64,000 nt of DNA from Escherichia coli (GCF_003334765.1 NZ_QOWT01000001.1); one strand, 5' to 3'. Numbered from the stretch's first letter, positions 1 to 14,855 are shown. Notes: a model not told the origin generated them from the sequence alone. Translations and numbers: made by a program.

Positions 1-972
1 ATGGAAACGAAAAAAAATAATAGCGAATACATTCCTGAGTTTGATAAATCCTTTCGCCACCCGCGCTACTGGGGAGCATGGCTGGGCGTAGCAGCGATGG
101 CGGGTATCGCTTTAACGCCGCCAAAGTTCCGTGATCCCATTCTGGCACGGCTGGGACGTTTTGCCGGACGACTGGGAAAAAGCTCACGCCGTCGTGCGTT
201 AATCAATCTGTCGCTCTGCTTTCCAGAACGTAGTGAAGCTGAACGCGAAGCGATTGTTGATGAGATGTTTGCCACCGCGCCGCAAGCGATGGCAATGATG
301 GCTGAGTTGGCAATACGCGGGCCGGAGAAAATTCAGCCGCGCGTTGACTGGCAAGGGCTGGAGATCATCGAAGAGATGCGGCGTAATAACGAGAAAGTTA
401 TCTTTCTGGTGCCGCACGGTTGGGCCGTCGATATTCCTGCCATGCTGATGGCCTCGCAAGGGCAGAAAATGGCAGCGATGTTCCATAATCAGGGCAACCC
501 GGTTTTTGATTATGTCTGGAACACGGTGCGTCGTCGCTTTGGCGGTCGTCTGCATGCGAGAAATGACGGTATTAAACCATTCATCCAGTCGGTACGTCAG
601 GGGTACTGGGGATATTATTTACCCGATCAGGATCATGGCCCAGAGCACAGCGAATTTGTGGATTTCTTTGCCACCTATAAAGCGACGTTGCCCGCGATTG
701 GTCGTTTGATGAAAGTGTGCCGTGCGCGCGTTGTACCGCTGTTTCCGATTTATGATGGCAAGACGCATCGTCTGACGATTCAGGTGCGCCCACCGATGGA
801 TGATCTGTTAGAGGCGGATGATCATACGATTGCGCGGCGGATGAATGAAGAAGTCGAGATTTTTGTTGGTCCGCGACCAGAACAATACACCTGGATACTA
901 AAATTGCTGAAAACTCGCAAACCGGGCGAAATCCAGCCGTATAAGCGCAAAGATCTTTATCCCATCAAATAA
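1..972 (+). CDS. lpxM: lipid A myristoyl acyltransferase LpxM (MsbB)
   Basis: ORF 1..972, 323 aa ([14 protein letters not shown]...), length and sequence match my recollection of LpxM. Confidence 0.93.
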
Positions 973-995
973 AAAAGCCTCTCGCGAGGAGAGGC
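971..995 (-). terminator. hairpin (cctctc/gagagg) with T-run on minus strand; likely pykA terminator overlapping lpxM stop
   Basis: GC stem 978-983/989-994 with A6 on plus strand at 971-976 (T-run for minus-strand transcript). Confidence 0.5.
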
Positions 996-1061
996 CTTCG
1001 CCTGATGATAAGTTCAAGTTTGCTTCAGAATATTCGAAATCTGTTGAACTATCATTGAACT

Positions 1062-1097
1062 GTAGGCCGGATGTGGCGTTTTCGCCGCATCCGGCAA
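1062..1097. repeat. REP (repetitive extragenic palindromic) element
   Basis: gtaggccggatg...catccggca imperfect palindrome typical of E. coli REP, between convergent lpxM and pykA. Confidence 0.7.
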
Positions 1098-1102
1098 CGT
1101 AC

Positions 1103-2545
1103 TTACTCTACCGTTAAAATACGCGTGGTATTAGTAGAACCCACGGTACTCATCACGTCGCCCTGGGTGACAATCACCAGGTCACCAGACATCAAGTAAC
1201 CTTTATCGCGCAGCAGATTAACCGCTTCGCTGGCAGCTGCTACGCCGTCATTAGCGCTATCAAAGTGCACCGGCGTAACGCCACGATAGAGAGCAGTCAG
1301 GTTCAGCGTACGTTCATGGCGCGACATGGCGAAAATTGGCAGACCAGAGCTGATACGGGAGGTCATCAGCGCGGTACGACCCGATTCGGTCATGGTGATG
1401 ATCGCCGTAACGCCTTTCAGGTGGTTAGCTGCGTACATTGCTGACATGGCAATAGCTTCTTCCACATTGTCGAACTGAACGTCCAGACGGTGTTTAGAAA
1501 CGTTGATGCTCGGGATTTTTTCCGCACCCAGGCAAACGCGCGCCATGGCTGCAACGGTTTCTGACGGATACTGCCCAGCGGCAGTTTCTGCAGACAGCAT
1601 CACAGCGTCAGTACCATCCAGAACGGCGTTTGCTACGTCCATGACTTCTGCACGCGTCGGCATCGGGTTAGTAATCATTGACTCCATCATCTGGGTCGCC
1701 GTGATTACCGCTCGGTTTAGCTGACGCGCACGACGGATCAACGCTTTCTGAATGCCGACCAGTTCCGGGTCGCCAATTTCCACACCGAGGTCGCCACGTG
1801 CAACCATTACCACGTCAGAGGCGAGGATGATGTCATCCATTGCATCCTGGCTGCAAACGGCTTCCGCACGTTCAACCTTGGCAACAATTTTCGCATCACA
1901 TCCTGCATCGCGTGCCAGGCGACGGGCATAGTTCAGATCTTCGCCACAGCGTGGGAAGGAGACAGCCAGGTAATCTACGCCAATCAACGCCGCAGTCTTA
2001 ATGTCTGCTTTGTCTTTTTCGGTCAGCGCTTCAGCCGACAAACCGCCGCCAAGTTTGTTGATACCTTTATTGTTGGAGAGGGGACCACCGACGGTGACTT
2101 CGGTGAACACTTTCATGCCCTGAACTTCCAGTACTTTTAACTGGACGCGACCATCGTCCAGCAGCAGGATGTCACCAGGCACGACGTCAGCAGGCAGGCC
2201 TTTGTAGTCGATACCGACTTTTTCTTTGTCGCCTTCACCTTTACCCAGGTTGGCGTCGAGCAGGAATTTATCCCCAATATTGAGGAAAACTTTGCCTTCT
2301 TTAAAGGTGGATACACGGATTTTGGGCCCCTGGAGGTCACCCAGAATAGCCACATGACGCCCCAGTTTTGCGGCAATCTCACGAACTTTATCCGCGCGCA
2401 TTTTGTGATCTTCAGGCGAGCCGTGAGAAAAGTTCATACGTACAACGTTGGCACCCGCCGCGATAACTTTTTCAAGATTATTATCGCGATCTGTTGCTGG
2501 GCCTAACGTGGTAACGATTTTTGTTCTGCGAAGCCTTCTGGACAT
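1103..2545 (-). CDS. pykA: pyruvate kinase II
   Basis: ORF-track frame 1103..2686; start placed at internal ATG 2543-2545 ([23 protein letters not shown]...) giving 480 aa; pyruvate kinase family sequence. Confidence 0.9.
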
Positions 2546-2672
2546 GTAATACTCCGTTGACTGAAACAACCAGGTGTTGCTTGAACATGAAATCCGAATG
2601 AAATAACGCCGCGATGGCGATAAATTAATCTCATTCGGATGTCGTATAAGATTAGGACAGTGACAGTCGTTT

Positions 2673-3542
2673 TTAGCGATCGTCACTTAAATTAAGTAAC
2701 TGCTTATCAAAACGCGATTCCTTCAGCGCTTCTTTGACCCGCTTCAAGTTATCTCTGAATTTTGCACCGCGTCGCAAAGTAAATCCTGTCGCCAGCACAT
2801 CTATCACGGTCAGCTGTGCAAGTCGAGAAACCATGGGCATATAAATGTCAGTATCTTCCGGTACGTCGAGGGTAATTGCCAGCGTTGCTTCCCGGGCGAG
2901 CGGGGTACCCGCAGAGGTGAGGGCAATCACCATGGCGTCGTTTTCGCGTGCCAGCTGCGCCAGCTCGACCAGATTTTTTGTTCTTCCAGTGTGAGAAATC
3001 AGCACCACCACGTCTCCGTCGCTACAATTCATACAACTCATGCGTTGCAGCACGATATCATCGGAGTACACCACCGGAACATTAAAACGAAAGAACTTAT
3101 TCATCGCATCGTGGGCAACGGCGGCTGAAGAGCCTAATCCGAAAAAGGCGATTTTTTTTGCCTGAGTGAGCAAGTCGACGGCGCGGTTGATGGCAGATTT
3201 ATCCAGTGAATGACGGACATGATCAAGCGTTGCCATTGCGGACTCAAATATTTTCCCTGTGTATGATTCAACGCTGTCATCTTCATTGACATTGCGATTA
3301 ACATAGGGAGTGCCATTCGCCAGACTCTGTGCCAGATGAAGTTTAAAATCAGGAAAACCGCGCGTGTCCATGCTGCGACAGAAACGATTCACCGTCGGTT
3401 CGCTAACATTGGCTTCCAGTGCCATAGCAGCAATACTCGAATGGATCGCGTTATCGGGCGAAGCCAGAATGACCTCGGCAACTTTGCGCTCTGATTTGCT
3501 CAAATGTTCCAGCTGAGACTGGATTTTTTCCAGCATATTCAT
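2673..3542 (-). CDS. hexR: RpiR-family transcriptional regulator HexR
   Basis: ORF 289 aa ([30 protein letters not shown]...), HTH plus SIS domain architecture, divergent from zwf. Confidence 0.9.
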
Positions 3543-3815
3543 GATGTAAAGAGACTCACGGGTAATGACGATTTCCGCACTGAAAGAAATCGAAATGCAG
3601 TTTTGTCAGATATTACGCCTGTGTGCCGTGTTAATGACAAAAGCAGATAAAAAAGTTGTTATTTTTTTTCATAACATGATCAGTGTCAGATTTTTACCCA
3701 ATGGAAAACGATGATTTTTTTATCAGTTTTGCCGCACTTTGCGCGCTTTTCCCGTAATCGCACGGGTGGATAAGCGTTTACAGTTTTCGCAAGCTCGTAA
3801 AAGCAGTACAGTGCA

Positions 3816-3833
3816 CCGTAAGAAAATTACAAG
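3816..3833. promoter_or_regulatory. candidate HexR operator in hexR-zwf divergent promoter region
   Basis: imperfect palindrome GTAAgaaaaTTAC about 50 nt upstream of zwf start; HexR is known to repress zwf. Confidence 0.3.
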
Positions 3834-3879
3834 TATACCCTGGCTTAAGTACCGGGTTAGTTAACTTAAGGAGAATGAC

Positions 3880-5355
3880 ATGGCGGTAACGCAAACAGCC
3901 CAGGCCTGTGACCTGGTCATTTTCGGCGCGAAAGGCGACCTTGCGCGTCGTAAATTGCTGCCTTCCCTGTATCAACTGGAAAAAGCCGGTCAGCTCAACC
4001 CGGACACCCGGATTATCGGCGTAGGGCGTGCTGACTGGGATAAAGCGGCATATACCAAAGTTGTCCGCGAGGCGCTCGAAACTTTCATGAAAGAAACCAT
4101 TGATGAAGGTTTATGGGACACCCTGAGTGCACGTCTGGATTTTTGTAATCTCGATGTCAATGACACTGCTGCATTCAGCCGTCTCGGCGCGATGCTGGAT
4201 CAAAAAAATCGTATCACCATTAACTACTTTGCCATGCCGCCCAGCACTTTTGGCGCAATTTGCAAAGGGCTTGGCGAGGCAAAACTGAATGCTAAACCGG
4301 CACGCGTAGTCATGGAGAAACCGCTGGGGACGTCGCTGGCGACCTCGCAGGAAATCAATGATCAGGTTGGCGAATACTTCGAGGAGTGCCAGGTTTACCG
4401 TATCGACCACTATCTTGGTAAAGAAACGGTGCTGAACCTGTTGGCGCTGCGTTTTGCTAACTCCCTGTTTGTGAATAACTGGGACAATCGCACCATTGAT
4501 CATGTTGAGATTACCGTGGCAGAAGAAGTGGGGATCGAAGGGCGCTGGGGCTATTTTGATAAAGCCGGTCAGATGCGCGACATGATCCAGAACCACCTGC
4601 TGCAAATTCTTTGCATGATTGCGATGTCTCCGCCGTCTGACCTGAGCGCAGACAGCATCCGCGATGAAAAAGTGAAAGTACTGAAGTCTCTGCGCCGCAT
4701 CGACCGCTCCAACGTACGCGAAAAAACCGTACGCGGGCAATATACTGCGGGCTTCGCCCAGGGCAAAAAAGTGCCGGGATATCTGGAAGAAGAGGGCGCG
4801 AACAAGAGCAGCAATACAGAAACTTTCGTGGCGATCCGCGTCGACATTGATAACTGGCGCTGGGCCGGTGTGCCATTCTACCTGCGTACTGGTAAACGTC
4901 TGCCGACCAAATGTTCTGAAGTCGTGGTCTATTTCAAAACACCTGAACTGAATCTGTTTAAAGAATCGTGGCAGGATCTGCCGCAGAATAAACTGACTAT
5001 CCGTCTGCAACCTGATGAAGGCGTGGATATCCAGGTACTGAATAAAGTTCCTGGCCTTGACCACAAACATAACCTGCAAATCACCAAGCTGGATCTGAGC
5101 TATTCAGAAACCTTTAATCAGACGCATCTGGCGGATGCCTATGAACGTTTGCTGCTGGAAACCATGCGTGGTATTCAGGCACTGTTTGTACGTCGCGACG
5201 AAGTGGAAGAAGCCTGGAAATGGGTAGACTCCATTACTGAGGCGTGGGCGATGGACAATGATGCGCCGAAACCGTATCAGGCCGGAACCTGGGGACCCGT
5301 TGCCTCGGTGGCGATGATTACCCGTGATGGTCGTTCCTGGAATGAGTTTGAGTAA
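3880..5355 (+). CDS. zwf: glucose-6-phosphate 1-dehydrogenase
   Basis: ORF 491 aa ([34 protein letters not shown]...), canonical G6PD N-terminus, RBS aaggag upstream. Confidence 0.95.
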   Translation: MAVTQTAQACDLVIFGAKGDLARRKLLPSLYQLEKAGQLNPDTRIIGVGRADWDKAAYTKVVREALETFMKETIDEGLWDTLSARLDFCNLDVNDTAAFSRLGAMLDQKNRITINYFAMPPSTFGAICKGLGEAKLNAKPARVVMEKPLGTSLATSQEINDQVGEYFEECQVYRIDHYLGKETVLNLLALRFANSLFVNNWDNRTIDHVEITVAEEVGIEGRWGYFDKAGQMRDMIQNHLLQILCMIAMSPPSDLSADSIRDEKVKVLKSLRRIDRSNVREKTVRGQYTAGFAQGKKVPGYLEEEGANKSSNTETFVAIRVDIDNWRWAGVPFYLRTGKRLPTKCSEVVVYFKTPELNLFKESWQDLPQNKLTIRLQPDEGVDIQVLNKVPGLDHKHNLQITKLDLSYSETFNQTHLADAYERLLLETMRGIQALFVRRDEVEEAWKWVDSITEAWAMDNDAPKPYQAGTWGPVASVAMITRDGRSWNEFE

Positions 5356-5434
5356 TATCTGCGCTTATCCTTTATGGTTATTTTACCGGTAACATGATCT
5401 TGCGCAGATTGTAGAACAATTTTTACACTTTCAG

Positions 5435-5468
5435 GCCTCGTGCGGATTCACCCACGAGGCTTTTTTTA
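5435..5468 (+). terminator. intrinsic terminator downstream of zwf
   Basis: stem gcctcgtg/cacgaggc followed by T7. Confidence 0.75.
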
Positions 5469-5589
5469 TTACACTGACTGAAACGTTTTTGCCCTATGAG
5501 CTCCGGTTACAGGCGTTTCAGTCATAAATCCTCTGAATGAAACGCGTTGTGAATCATCCTGCTCTGACAACTCAATTTCAGGAGCCTTT

Positions 5590-7401
5590 ATGAATCCACA
5601 ATTGTTACGCGTAACAAATCGAATCATTGAACGTTCGCGCGAGACTCGCTCTGCTTATCTCGCCCGGATAGAACAAGCGAAAACTTCGACCGTTCATCGT
5701 TCGCAGTTGGCATGCGGTAACCTGGCACACGGTTTCGCTGCCTGCCAGCCAGAAGACAAAGCCTCTTTGAAAAGCATGTTGCGTAACAATATCGCCATCA
5801 TCACCTCCTATAACGACATGCTCTCCGCGCACCAGCCTTATGAACACTATCCAGAAATCATTCGTAAAGCCCTGCATGAAGCGAATGCGGTTGGTCAGGT
5901 TGCGGGCGGTGTTCCGGCGATGTGTGATGGTGTCACCCAGGGGCAGGATGGAATGGAATTGTCGCTGCTAAGCCGCGAAGTGATAGCGATGTCTGCGGCG
6001 GTGGGGCTGTCCCATAACATGTTTGATGGTGCTCTGTTCCTCGGTGTGTGCGACAAGATTGTCCCGGGTCTGACGATGGCAGCCCTGTCGTTTGGTCATT
6101 TGCCTGCGGTGTTTGTGCCGTCTGGACCGATGGCAAGCGGTTTGCCAAATAAAGAAAAAGTGCGTATTCGCCAGCTTTATGCCGAAGGTAAAGTGGACCG
6201 CATGGCCTTACTGGAGTCAGAAGCCGCGTCTTACCATGCGCCGGGAACATGTACTTTCTACGGTACTGCCAACACCAACCAGATGGTGGTGGAGTTTATG
6301 GGGATGCAGTTGCCAGGCTCTTCTTTTGTTCATCCGGATTCTCCGCTGCGCGATGCTTTGACCGCCGCAGCTGCGCGTCAGGTTACACGCATGACCGGTA
6401 ATGGTAATGAATGGATGCCGATCGGTAAGATGATCGATGAGAAAGTGGTGGTGAACGGTATCGTTGCACTGCTGGCGACCGGTGGTTCCACTAACCACAC
6501 CATGCACCTGGTGGCGATGGCGCGCGCGGCCGGTATTCAGATTAACTGGGATGACTTCTCTGACCTTTCTGATGTTGTACCGCTGATGGCACGTCTCTAC
6601 CCGAACGGTCCGGCCGATATTAACCACTTCCAGGCGGCAGGTGGCGTACCGGTTCTGGTGCGTGAACTGCTCAAAGCAGGCCTGCTGCATGAAGATGTCA
6701 ATACGGTGGCAGGTTTTGGTCTGTCTCGTTATACCCTTGAACCATGGCTGAATAATGGTGAACTGGACTGGCGGGAAGGGGCGGAAAAATCACTCGACAG
6801 CAATGTGATCGCTTCCTTCGAACAACCTTTCTCTCATCATGGTGGGACAAAAGTGTTAAGCGGTAACCTGGGCCGTGCGGTTATGAAAACCTCTGCCGTG
6901 CCGGTTGAGAACCAGGTGATTGAAGCGCCAGCGGTTGTTTTTGAAAGCCAGCATGACGTTATGCCGGCCTTTGAAGCGGGTTTGCTGGACCGCGATTGTG
7001 TCGTTGTTGTCCGTCATCAGGGGCCAAAAGCGAACGGAATGCCAGAATTACATAAACTCATGCCGCCACTTGGTGTATTATTGGACCGGTGTTTCAAAAT
7101 TGCGTTAGTTACCGATGGACGACTCTCCGGCGCTTCAGGTAAAGTGCCGTCAGCTATCCACGTAACACCAGAAGCCTACGATGGCGGGCTGCTGGCAAAA
7201 GTGCGCGACGGGGACATCATTCGTGTGAATGGACAGACAGGCGAACTGACGCTGCTGGTAGACGAAGCGGAACTGGCTGCTCGCGAACCGCACATTCCTG
7301 ACCTGAGCGCGTCACGCGTGGGAACAGGACGTGAATTATTCAGCGCCTTGCGTGAAAAACTGTCCGGTGCCGAACAGGGCGCAACCTGTATCACTTTTTA
7401 A
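5590..7401 (+). CDS. edd: phosphogluconate dehydratase (Entner-Doudoroff)
   Basis: ORF 603 aa ([31 protein letters not shown]...), IlvD/Edd family. Confidence 0.95.
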   Translation: MNPQLLRVTNRIIERSRETRSAYLARIEQAKTSTVHRSQLACGNLAHGFAACQPEDKASLKSMLRNNIAIITSYNDMLSAHQPYEHYPEIIRKALHEANAVGQVAGGVPAMCDGVTQGQDGMELSLLSREVIAMSAAVGLSHNMFDGALFLGVCDKIVPGLTMAALSFGHLPAVFVPSGPMASGLPNKEKVRIRQLYAEGKVDRMALLESEAASYHAPGTCTFYGTANTNQMVVEFMGMQLPGSSFVHPDSPLRDALTAAAARQVTRMTGNGNEWMPIGKMIDEKVVVNGIVALLATGGSTNHTMHLVAMARAAGIQINWDDFSDLSDVVPLMARLYPNGPADINHFQAAGGVPVLVRELLKAGLLHEDVNTVAGFGLSRYTLEPWLNNGELDWREGAEKSLDSNVIASFEQPFSHHGGTKVLSGNLGRAVMKTSAVPVENQVIEAPAVVFESQHDVMPAFEAGLLDRDCVVVVRHQGPKANGMPELHKLMPPLGVLLDRCFKIALVTDGRLSGASGKVPSAIHVTPEAYDGGLLAKVRDGDIIRVNGQTGELTLLVDEAELAAREPHIPDLSASRVGTGRELFSALREKLSGAEQGATCITF

Positions 7402-7437
7402 GACGACAAATTTGTAATCAGGCGAGAGAAAACTCTG

Positions 7438-8079
7438 ATGAAAAACTGGAAAACAAGTGCAGAATCAATCCTGACCACCGGCCCGGTTGTACCGGTTATC
7501 GTGGTAAAAAAACTGGAACACGCGGTGCCGATGGCAAAAGCGTTGGTTGCTGGTGGGGTGCGCGTTCTGGAAGTGACTCTGCGTACCGAGTGTGCAGTTG
7601 ACGCTATCCGTGCTATCGCCAAAGAAGTGCCTGAAGCGATTGTGGGTGCCGGTACGGTGCTGAATCCACAGCAGCTGGCAGAAGTCACTGAAGCGGGTGC
7701 ACAGTTCGCAATTAGCCCGGGTCTGACCGAGCCGCTGCTGAAAGCTGCTACCGAAGGGACTATTCCTCTGATTCCGGGGATCAGCACTGTTTCCGAACTG
7801 ATGCTGGGTATGGACTACGGTTTGAAAGAGTTCAAATTCTTCCCGGCTGAAGCTAACGGCGGCGTGAAAGCCCTGCAGGCGATCGCGGGTCCGTTCTCCC
7901 AGGTCCGTTTCTGCCCGACGGGTGGTATTTCTCCGGCTAACTACCGTGACTACCTGGCGCTGAAAAGCGTGCTGTGCATCGGTGGTTCCTGGCTGGTTCC
8001 GGCAGATGCGCTGGAAGCGGGCGATTACGACCGCATTACTAAGCTGGCGCGTGAAGCTGTAGAAGGCGCTAAGCTGTAA
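7438..8079 (+). CDS. eda: KDPG / KHG aldolase
   Basis: ORF 213 aa ([40 protein letters not shown]...), immediately downstream of edd. Confidence 0.95.
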
Positions 8080-8085
8080 AAGTCA

Positions 8086-8115
8086 AAATGCCCGATCGAG
8101 GATCGGGCATTTTTG
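8086..8115. terminator. bidirectional intrinsic terminator between convergent eda and purT
   Basis: stem atgcccgatc/gatcgggcat flanked by A-run upstream and T-run downstream. Confidence 0.75.
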
Positions 8116-8134
8116 TAGCGTTTTTTTGCCGGGT

Positions 8135-9313
8135 TTAACCCTGTACTTTTACCTGTCCGGCGGCGTGCTTCGCGCGTTCAATGGCGTCAACAACACTCTC
8201 TGCAGTAGCCAGTGCCACCCCCAGACGACGGCTGCCATCAATTTCCGGCTTACCAAATAAACGAATCTGCAAATCTGCGCCTACGGCATTCTGCACATTA
8301 TCAAACGTGACATTCTGACTGGTCAGTTGTGGCAGAATAACGGCAGAAGCTGCAGGACCATACTGACGGATCCCGCCAACCGGAAGTCCGAGGAAGGCAC
8401 GTACATGCAGGGCAAACTCTGAGAGATCTTGAGAAATTAACGTCACCATCCCGGTATCATGTGGACGAGGGGAGACCTCACTGAAAATCACCTCATCACC
8501 ACAGACAAATAGCTCGACACCAAACAACCCATAACCGCCCAGTGCCAGCACCACTTTACGGGCAATCTCCTGCGCACGTTCAAGGGCAAGCGGGCTCATT
8601 TGCTGTGGTTGCCAGGATTCACGGTAGTCGCCATCTTCCTGGCGATGACCTACTGGTGCACAGAAATGGACGCCATCCACCGCGCTGACGGTTAGCAGGG
8701 TAATTTCGAAGTCAAACTTAACGACGCCTTCAACAATTACGCGGCCCGCTCCGGCGCGACCGCCTTGCTGAGCGTACTTCCATGCCTGAGCAAGTTGCTC
8801 TGCAGAACGAATAAACGTCTGCCCCTTGCCGGAAGAGCTCATCACCGGTTTTACAATACAGGGATAGCCAATGTCAGCAACCGCCTCGCGGAAAAGGCTT
8901 TCGCTATCGGCAAAACGATAAGTGGAAGTGGGCAGCTGCAGCTCTTCTGCCGCCAGGCGACGGATACCCTCGCGATTCATCGTTAATTTCGTTGCGCGAG
9001 CGCAGGGGACAACATTCAGTCCTTCCTCTTCAAGTTGGATCAGCATATCGGTGGCAATAGCTTCGATCTCCGGCACGATATAATGTGGTTTTTCCAGTTC
9101 AACCACACGGCGTAATGCATCACCATCAAGCATATTAATGACATGGGAGCGATGCGCGACATGCATGGCTGGTGCGTCGGCATAGCGATCGACGGCAATC
9201 ACCTCTACGCCGAGACGCTGACACTCGATTGCCACTTCTTTACCCAGTTCACCGGAGCCTAATAACATCACGCGAGTTGCTGCCGGACGCAGCGCAGTGC
9301 CTAATAACGTCAT
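8135..9313 (-). CDS. purT: formate-dependent phosphoribosylglycinamide formyltransferase (GAR transformylase 2)
   Basis: ORF 392 aa ([30 protein letters not shown]...), ATP-grasp family. Confidence 0.95.
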   Translation of the reverse strand: MTLLGTALRPAATRVMLLGSGELGKEVAIECQRLGVEVIAVDRYADAPAMHVAHRSHVINMLDGDALRRVVELEKPHYIVPEIEAIATDMLIQLEEEGLNVVPCARATKLTMNREGIRRLAAEELQLPTSTYRFADSESLFREAVADIGYPCIVKPVMSSSGKGQTFIRSAEQLAQAWKYAQQGGRAGAGRVIVEGVVKFDFEITLLTVSAVDGVHFCAPVGHRQEDGDYRESWQPQQMSPLALERAQEIARKVVLALGGYGLFGVELFVCGDEVIFSEVSPRPHDTGMVTLISQDLSEFALHVRAFLGLPVGGIRQYGPAASAVILPQLTSQNVTFDNVQNAVGADLQIRLFGKPEIDGSRRLGVALATAESVVDAIERAKHAAGQVKVQG

Positions 9314-9350
9314 AACGAATATCCCCTGATTAATTCCGCGCGCAGTATAA

Positions 9351-9366
9351 ACGAAAACGTTTGCGT
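9351..9366. promoter_or_regulatory. PurR operator (pur box) upstream of purT
   Basis: ACGAAAACGTTTGCGT, 15/16 match to the PurR palindrome ACGCAAACGTTTGCGT, in the purT promoter region. Confidence 0.65.
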
Positions 9367-9409
9367 GTGTCTTTATTGCTGATGTTGATTTCTCAACCGA
9401 AAAGAAATA

Positions 9410-9429
9410 TACTGTATAAAATCACAGTT
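9410..9429. promoter_or_regulatory. LexA box (SOS box) upstream of yebG
   Basis: TACTGTATAAAATCACAGTT, CTGT-N8-ACAG with consensus flanks, about 20 nt upstream of yebG start. Confidence 0.8.
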
Positions 9430-9446
9430 ATTATGAGAGGCTGCAA

Positions 9447-9737
9447 ATGGCGGTTGAAGTTAAATACGTAGTCATTCGTGAGGGCGAAGAGAAAATGTCG
9501 TTTACCAGCAAAAAGGAAGCCGATGCTTATGACAAAATGCTTGATACGGCGGATCTGCTTGACACCTGGCTGACAAATTCTCCAGTGCAAATGGAAGACG
9601 AGCAACGTGAAGCCCTTTCGCTATGGCTGGCAGAACAAAAAGATGTGCTGAGCACCATTCTGAAAACCGGCAAATTACCGTCCCCACAGGTCGTCGGTGC
9701 TGAATCCGAAGAGGAAGATGCCTCACACGCGGCCTGA
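9447..9737 (+). CDS. yebG: SOS-inducible protein YebG
   Basis: ORF 96 aa (MAVEVKYVVIREGEEKMSFTSKKEADAYDKMLD...), LexA box directly upstream. Confidence 0.9.
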   Translation: MAVEVKYVVIREGEEKMSFTSKKEADAYDKMLDTADLLDTWLTNSPVQMEDEQREALSLWLAEQKDVLSTILKTGKLPSPQVVGAESEEEDASHAA

Positions 9738-9755
9738 AGCAACTTGCGCTCCTGA

Positions 9756-10160
<405 letters not shown>

Positions 10161-10186
10161 TGGCTTCTGATAATTCGATTGACTGT

Positions 10187-10272
10187 TGGCGGATGCGGCG
10201 CGAGTGCCTTGTCCGCCCCAGAACGCACCACAATCGTAGGCCTGAGAAGACGCAACAGCGTCGCATCGGGCA
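10187..10272. repeat. BIME: two REP elements in yebF-yebE intergenic region
   Basis: ggcggatgcggcg...gtccgcc and gtaggcctgagaagacgcaacagcgtcgcatcgggc REP-type palindromes. Confidence 0.65.
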
Positions 10273-10486
10273 ATCAGCATCAAACAATGCCACTCAAAAC
10301 GACAAACTACTTTCACCTAAAATACCCTTATCACCTGATATACAGTAAATACCTTACCTGGCGCGAATTTCTTTGAATAACGGCCTACCGCCCCGCTTAT
10401 TTGCGCATCTTTTGTCTCGATATACATTTTCTGACATCCTCATCCGCTATGCTACAGGCACTAAAAATGGTTATTGAGGAGCAAAT

Positions 10487-11146
10487 ATGGCTAACTGGTT
10501 AAATCAACTGCAATCCCTGCTTGGGCAAAGCAGTTCTTCTACCTCCTCGTCTGCGGATCAGGGATTGGTCAAACTGTTAGTGCCAGGCGCATTAGGCGGA
10601 CTGGCTGGGCTGCTGGTCGCAAATAAATCAGCACGTAAACTTCTTACGAAATATGGCACCAACGCGTTACTGGTTGGCGGCGGAGCGGTAGCGGGTACGG
10701 TGCTGTGGAATAAATACAAAGATAAAATTCGCGCGGCGCATCAGGACGAACCGCAGTTTGGCGCGCAAAGTACGCCGCTGGATGAGCGTACAGCACGTTT
10801 GATCCTTGCGCTGGTCTTTGCCGCTAAAAGTGATGGTCATATTGATGCCAAAGAACGTGCGGCAATCGACCAGCAATTGCGTGGAGCCGGCGTGGAAGAG
10901 CAGGGGCGTGTACTCATTGAGCAGGCAATCGAACAACCGCTGGATCCACAACGCCTGGCTACCGGGGTCCGCAATGAAGAAGAGGCGCTGGAAATCTATT
11001 TCCTGAGTTGCGCGGCTATTGATATTGACCATTTTATGGAACGCAGTTACCTGAATGCACTGGGTGACGCGCTGAAAATCCCCCAGGATGTTCGTGACGG
11101 CATTGAACGCGATCTCGAACAGCAAAAACGCACTTTGGCGGAATAA
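10487..11146 (+). CDS. yebE: DUF533 inner-membrane protein YebE
   Basis: ORF 219 aa ([38 protein letters not shown]...). Confidence 0.9.
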
Positions 11147-11327
11147 TTCCGCTCTCTGGATAGCCTGAAGTTGACTATTTCGGGCTATCCAGAATCGCAC
11201 AGCCATTTGAACAGGCTGATTTTCTCTGTCTGCATAACATTCGATATCCGCGCCATTACCTGTCATCATCTAAGCAATGACTCCCCTGTTTCGCTTGCAT
11301 CCCCGGTGAGTTTTGCCACCCTTATAA

Positions 11328-14074
<2,747 letters not shown>

Positions 14075-14097
14075 GGCATGCTCCAGGCCGAAAAAGC

Positions 14098-14754
14098 CTA
14101 GCGTAATGGAATGATATCGCCTTGCCAACCCTGTGATGAACGCTGACCGACTAACAATAATGAACCACGATCGGCGCGAACGATGAGACGACCATATTCA
14201 TCCCATAGTGCACTGTTACCACGGGCATTTGCCATCAGCACGGCAATCGAGTACTGATGTGAAAAAAATTGTAAGCGACGGGCCGACGCCAGCAGGTCGG
14301 GTTCTCCCAGACATTGCCCTGTAGTAAACAGTGAACAGGTCGGGTCCATATCCATACCTTGCGGTTGTTCATCGACCACCGTGATGGTTCTGGAACGACG
14401 GCCCAGACATGCACCATGACTCTGATGGTAGATCCCAGGCGTTTTTCGCCACGGTGCGAACACCGCAATTCCACGAATAAAGCGATCGTTATATTCAACG
14501 GGAAGGCCGGCAATGATGGTCATTCGCCAGGTCGTTGCGGCATAACAAAGCGGGTCTAACAGTGAGAGATCGGGTGGGGCAGGAAGGGCACGTCGCGAAT
14601 AATCACACCCCAGTAAAGAAAGCGATGGAAAAACTAACAGCTGACATTGTTGCCTGGCGGCGGCCCTCACAAACTCCAGATGATGAGCTACCTGTTCGGT
14701 GAGTGAGGTTTTACGAGGCTCATATTGCGCTGCTGCAACTTTCCAGAACGACAT
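14098..14754 (-). CDS. yobB: carbon-nitrogen hydrolase (nitrilase-superfamily) protein YobB
   Basis: ORF 218 aa (MSFWKVAAAQYEPRKTSLTEQVAHHLEFVRAAARQQCQLLVFP...). Confidence 0.85.
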   Translation of the reverse strand: MSFWKVAAAQYEPRKTSLTEQVAHHLEFVRAAARQQCQLLVFPSLSLLGCDYSRRALPAPPDLSLLDPLCYAATTWRMTIIAGLPVEYNDRFIRGIAVFAPWRKTPGIYHQSHGACLGRRSRTITVVDEQPQGMDMDPTCSLFTTGQCLGEPDLLASARRLQFFSHQYSIAVLMANARGNSALWDEYGRLIVRADRGSLLLVGQRSSQGWQGDIIPLR

Positions 14755-14855
14755 AATGACTTCCTTTTCAAAATGACTGCAAATTATGAGTGCGGTTTAG
14801 AAAATACTCATAATTTAGCAGGCGTTATGTAAGAAAGTGTAACTCTGTATAAGTT

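Noticed and set aside
1103-2686. N-terminal extensions suggested by the ORF track for pykA (527 aa), letB (891), yebQ (494), prc (698), cntA (414), exoX, holE, msrC, yoaC, yoaB, pdeD, dgcP, yeaO and fadD.
   Set aside because: The track takes the most upstream start codon. In each case an internal start reproduces the expected protein N-terminus or length and usually has a better RBS, so the shorter forms are reported.
4111-5079. 322-aa minus-strand ORF antisense to zwf (also 4511-4876 and 4569-4847).
   Set aside because: Lies entirely inside and antisense to a high-confidence gene; low-complexity Arg/Phe/Gln-rich translation with no RBS context; typical shadow ORF.
10667-11269. 200-aa minus-strand ORF antisense to yebE, and 227-aa ORF 11538-12221 antisense to ptrB.
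   Set aside because: Shadow ORFs opposite well-supported genes; no independent start context.
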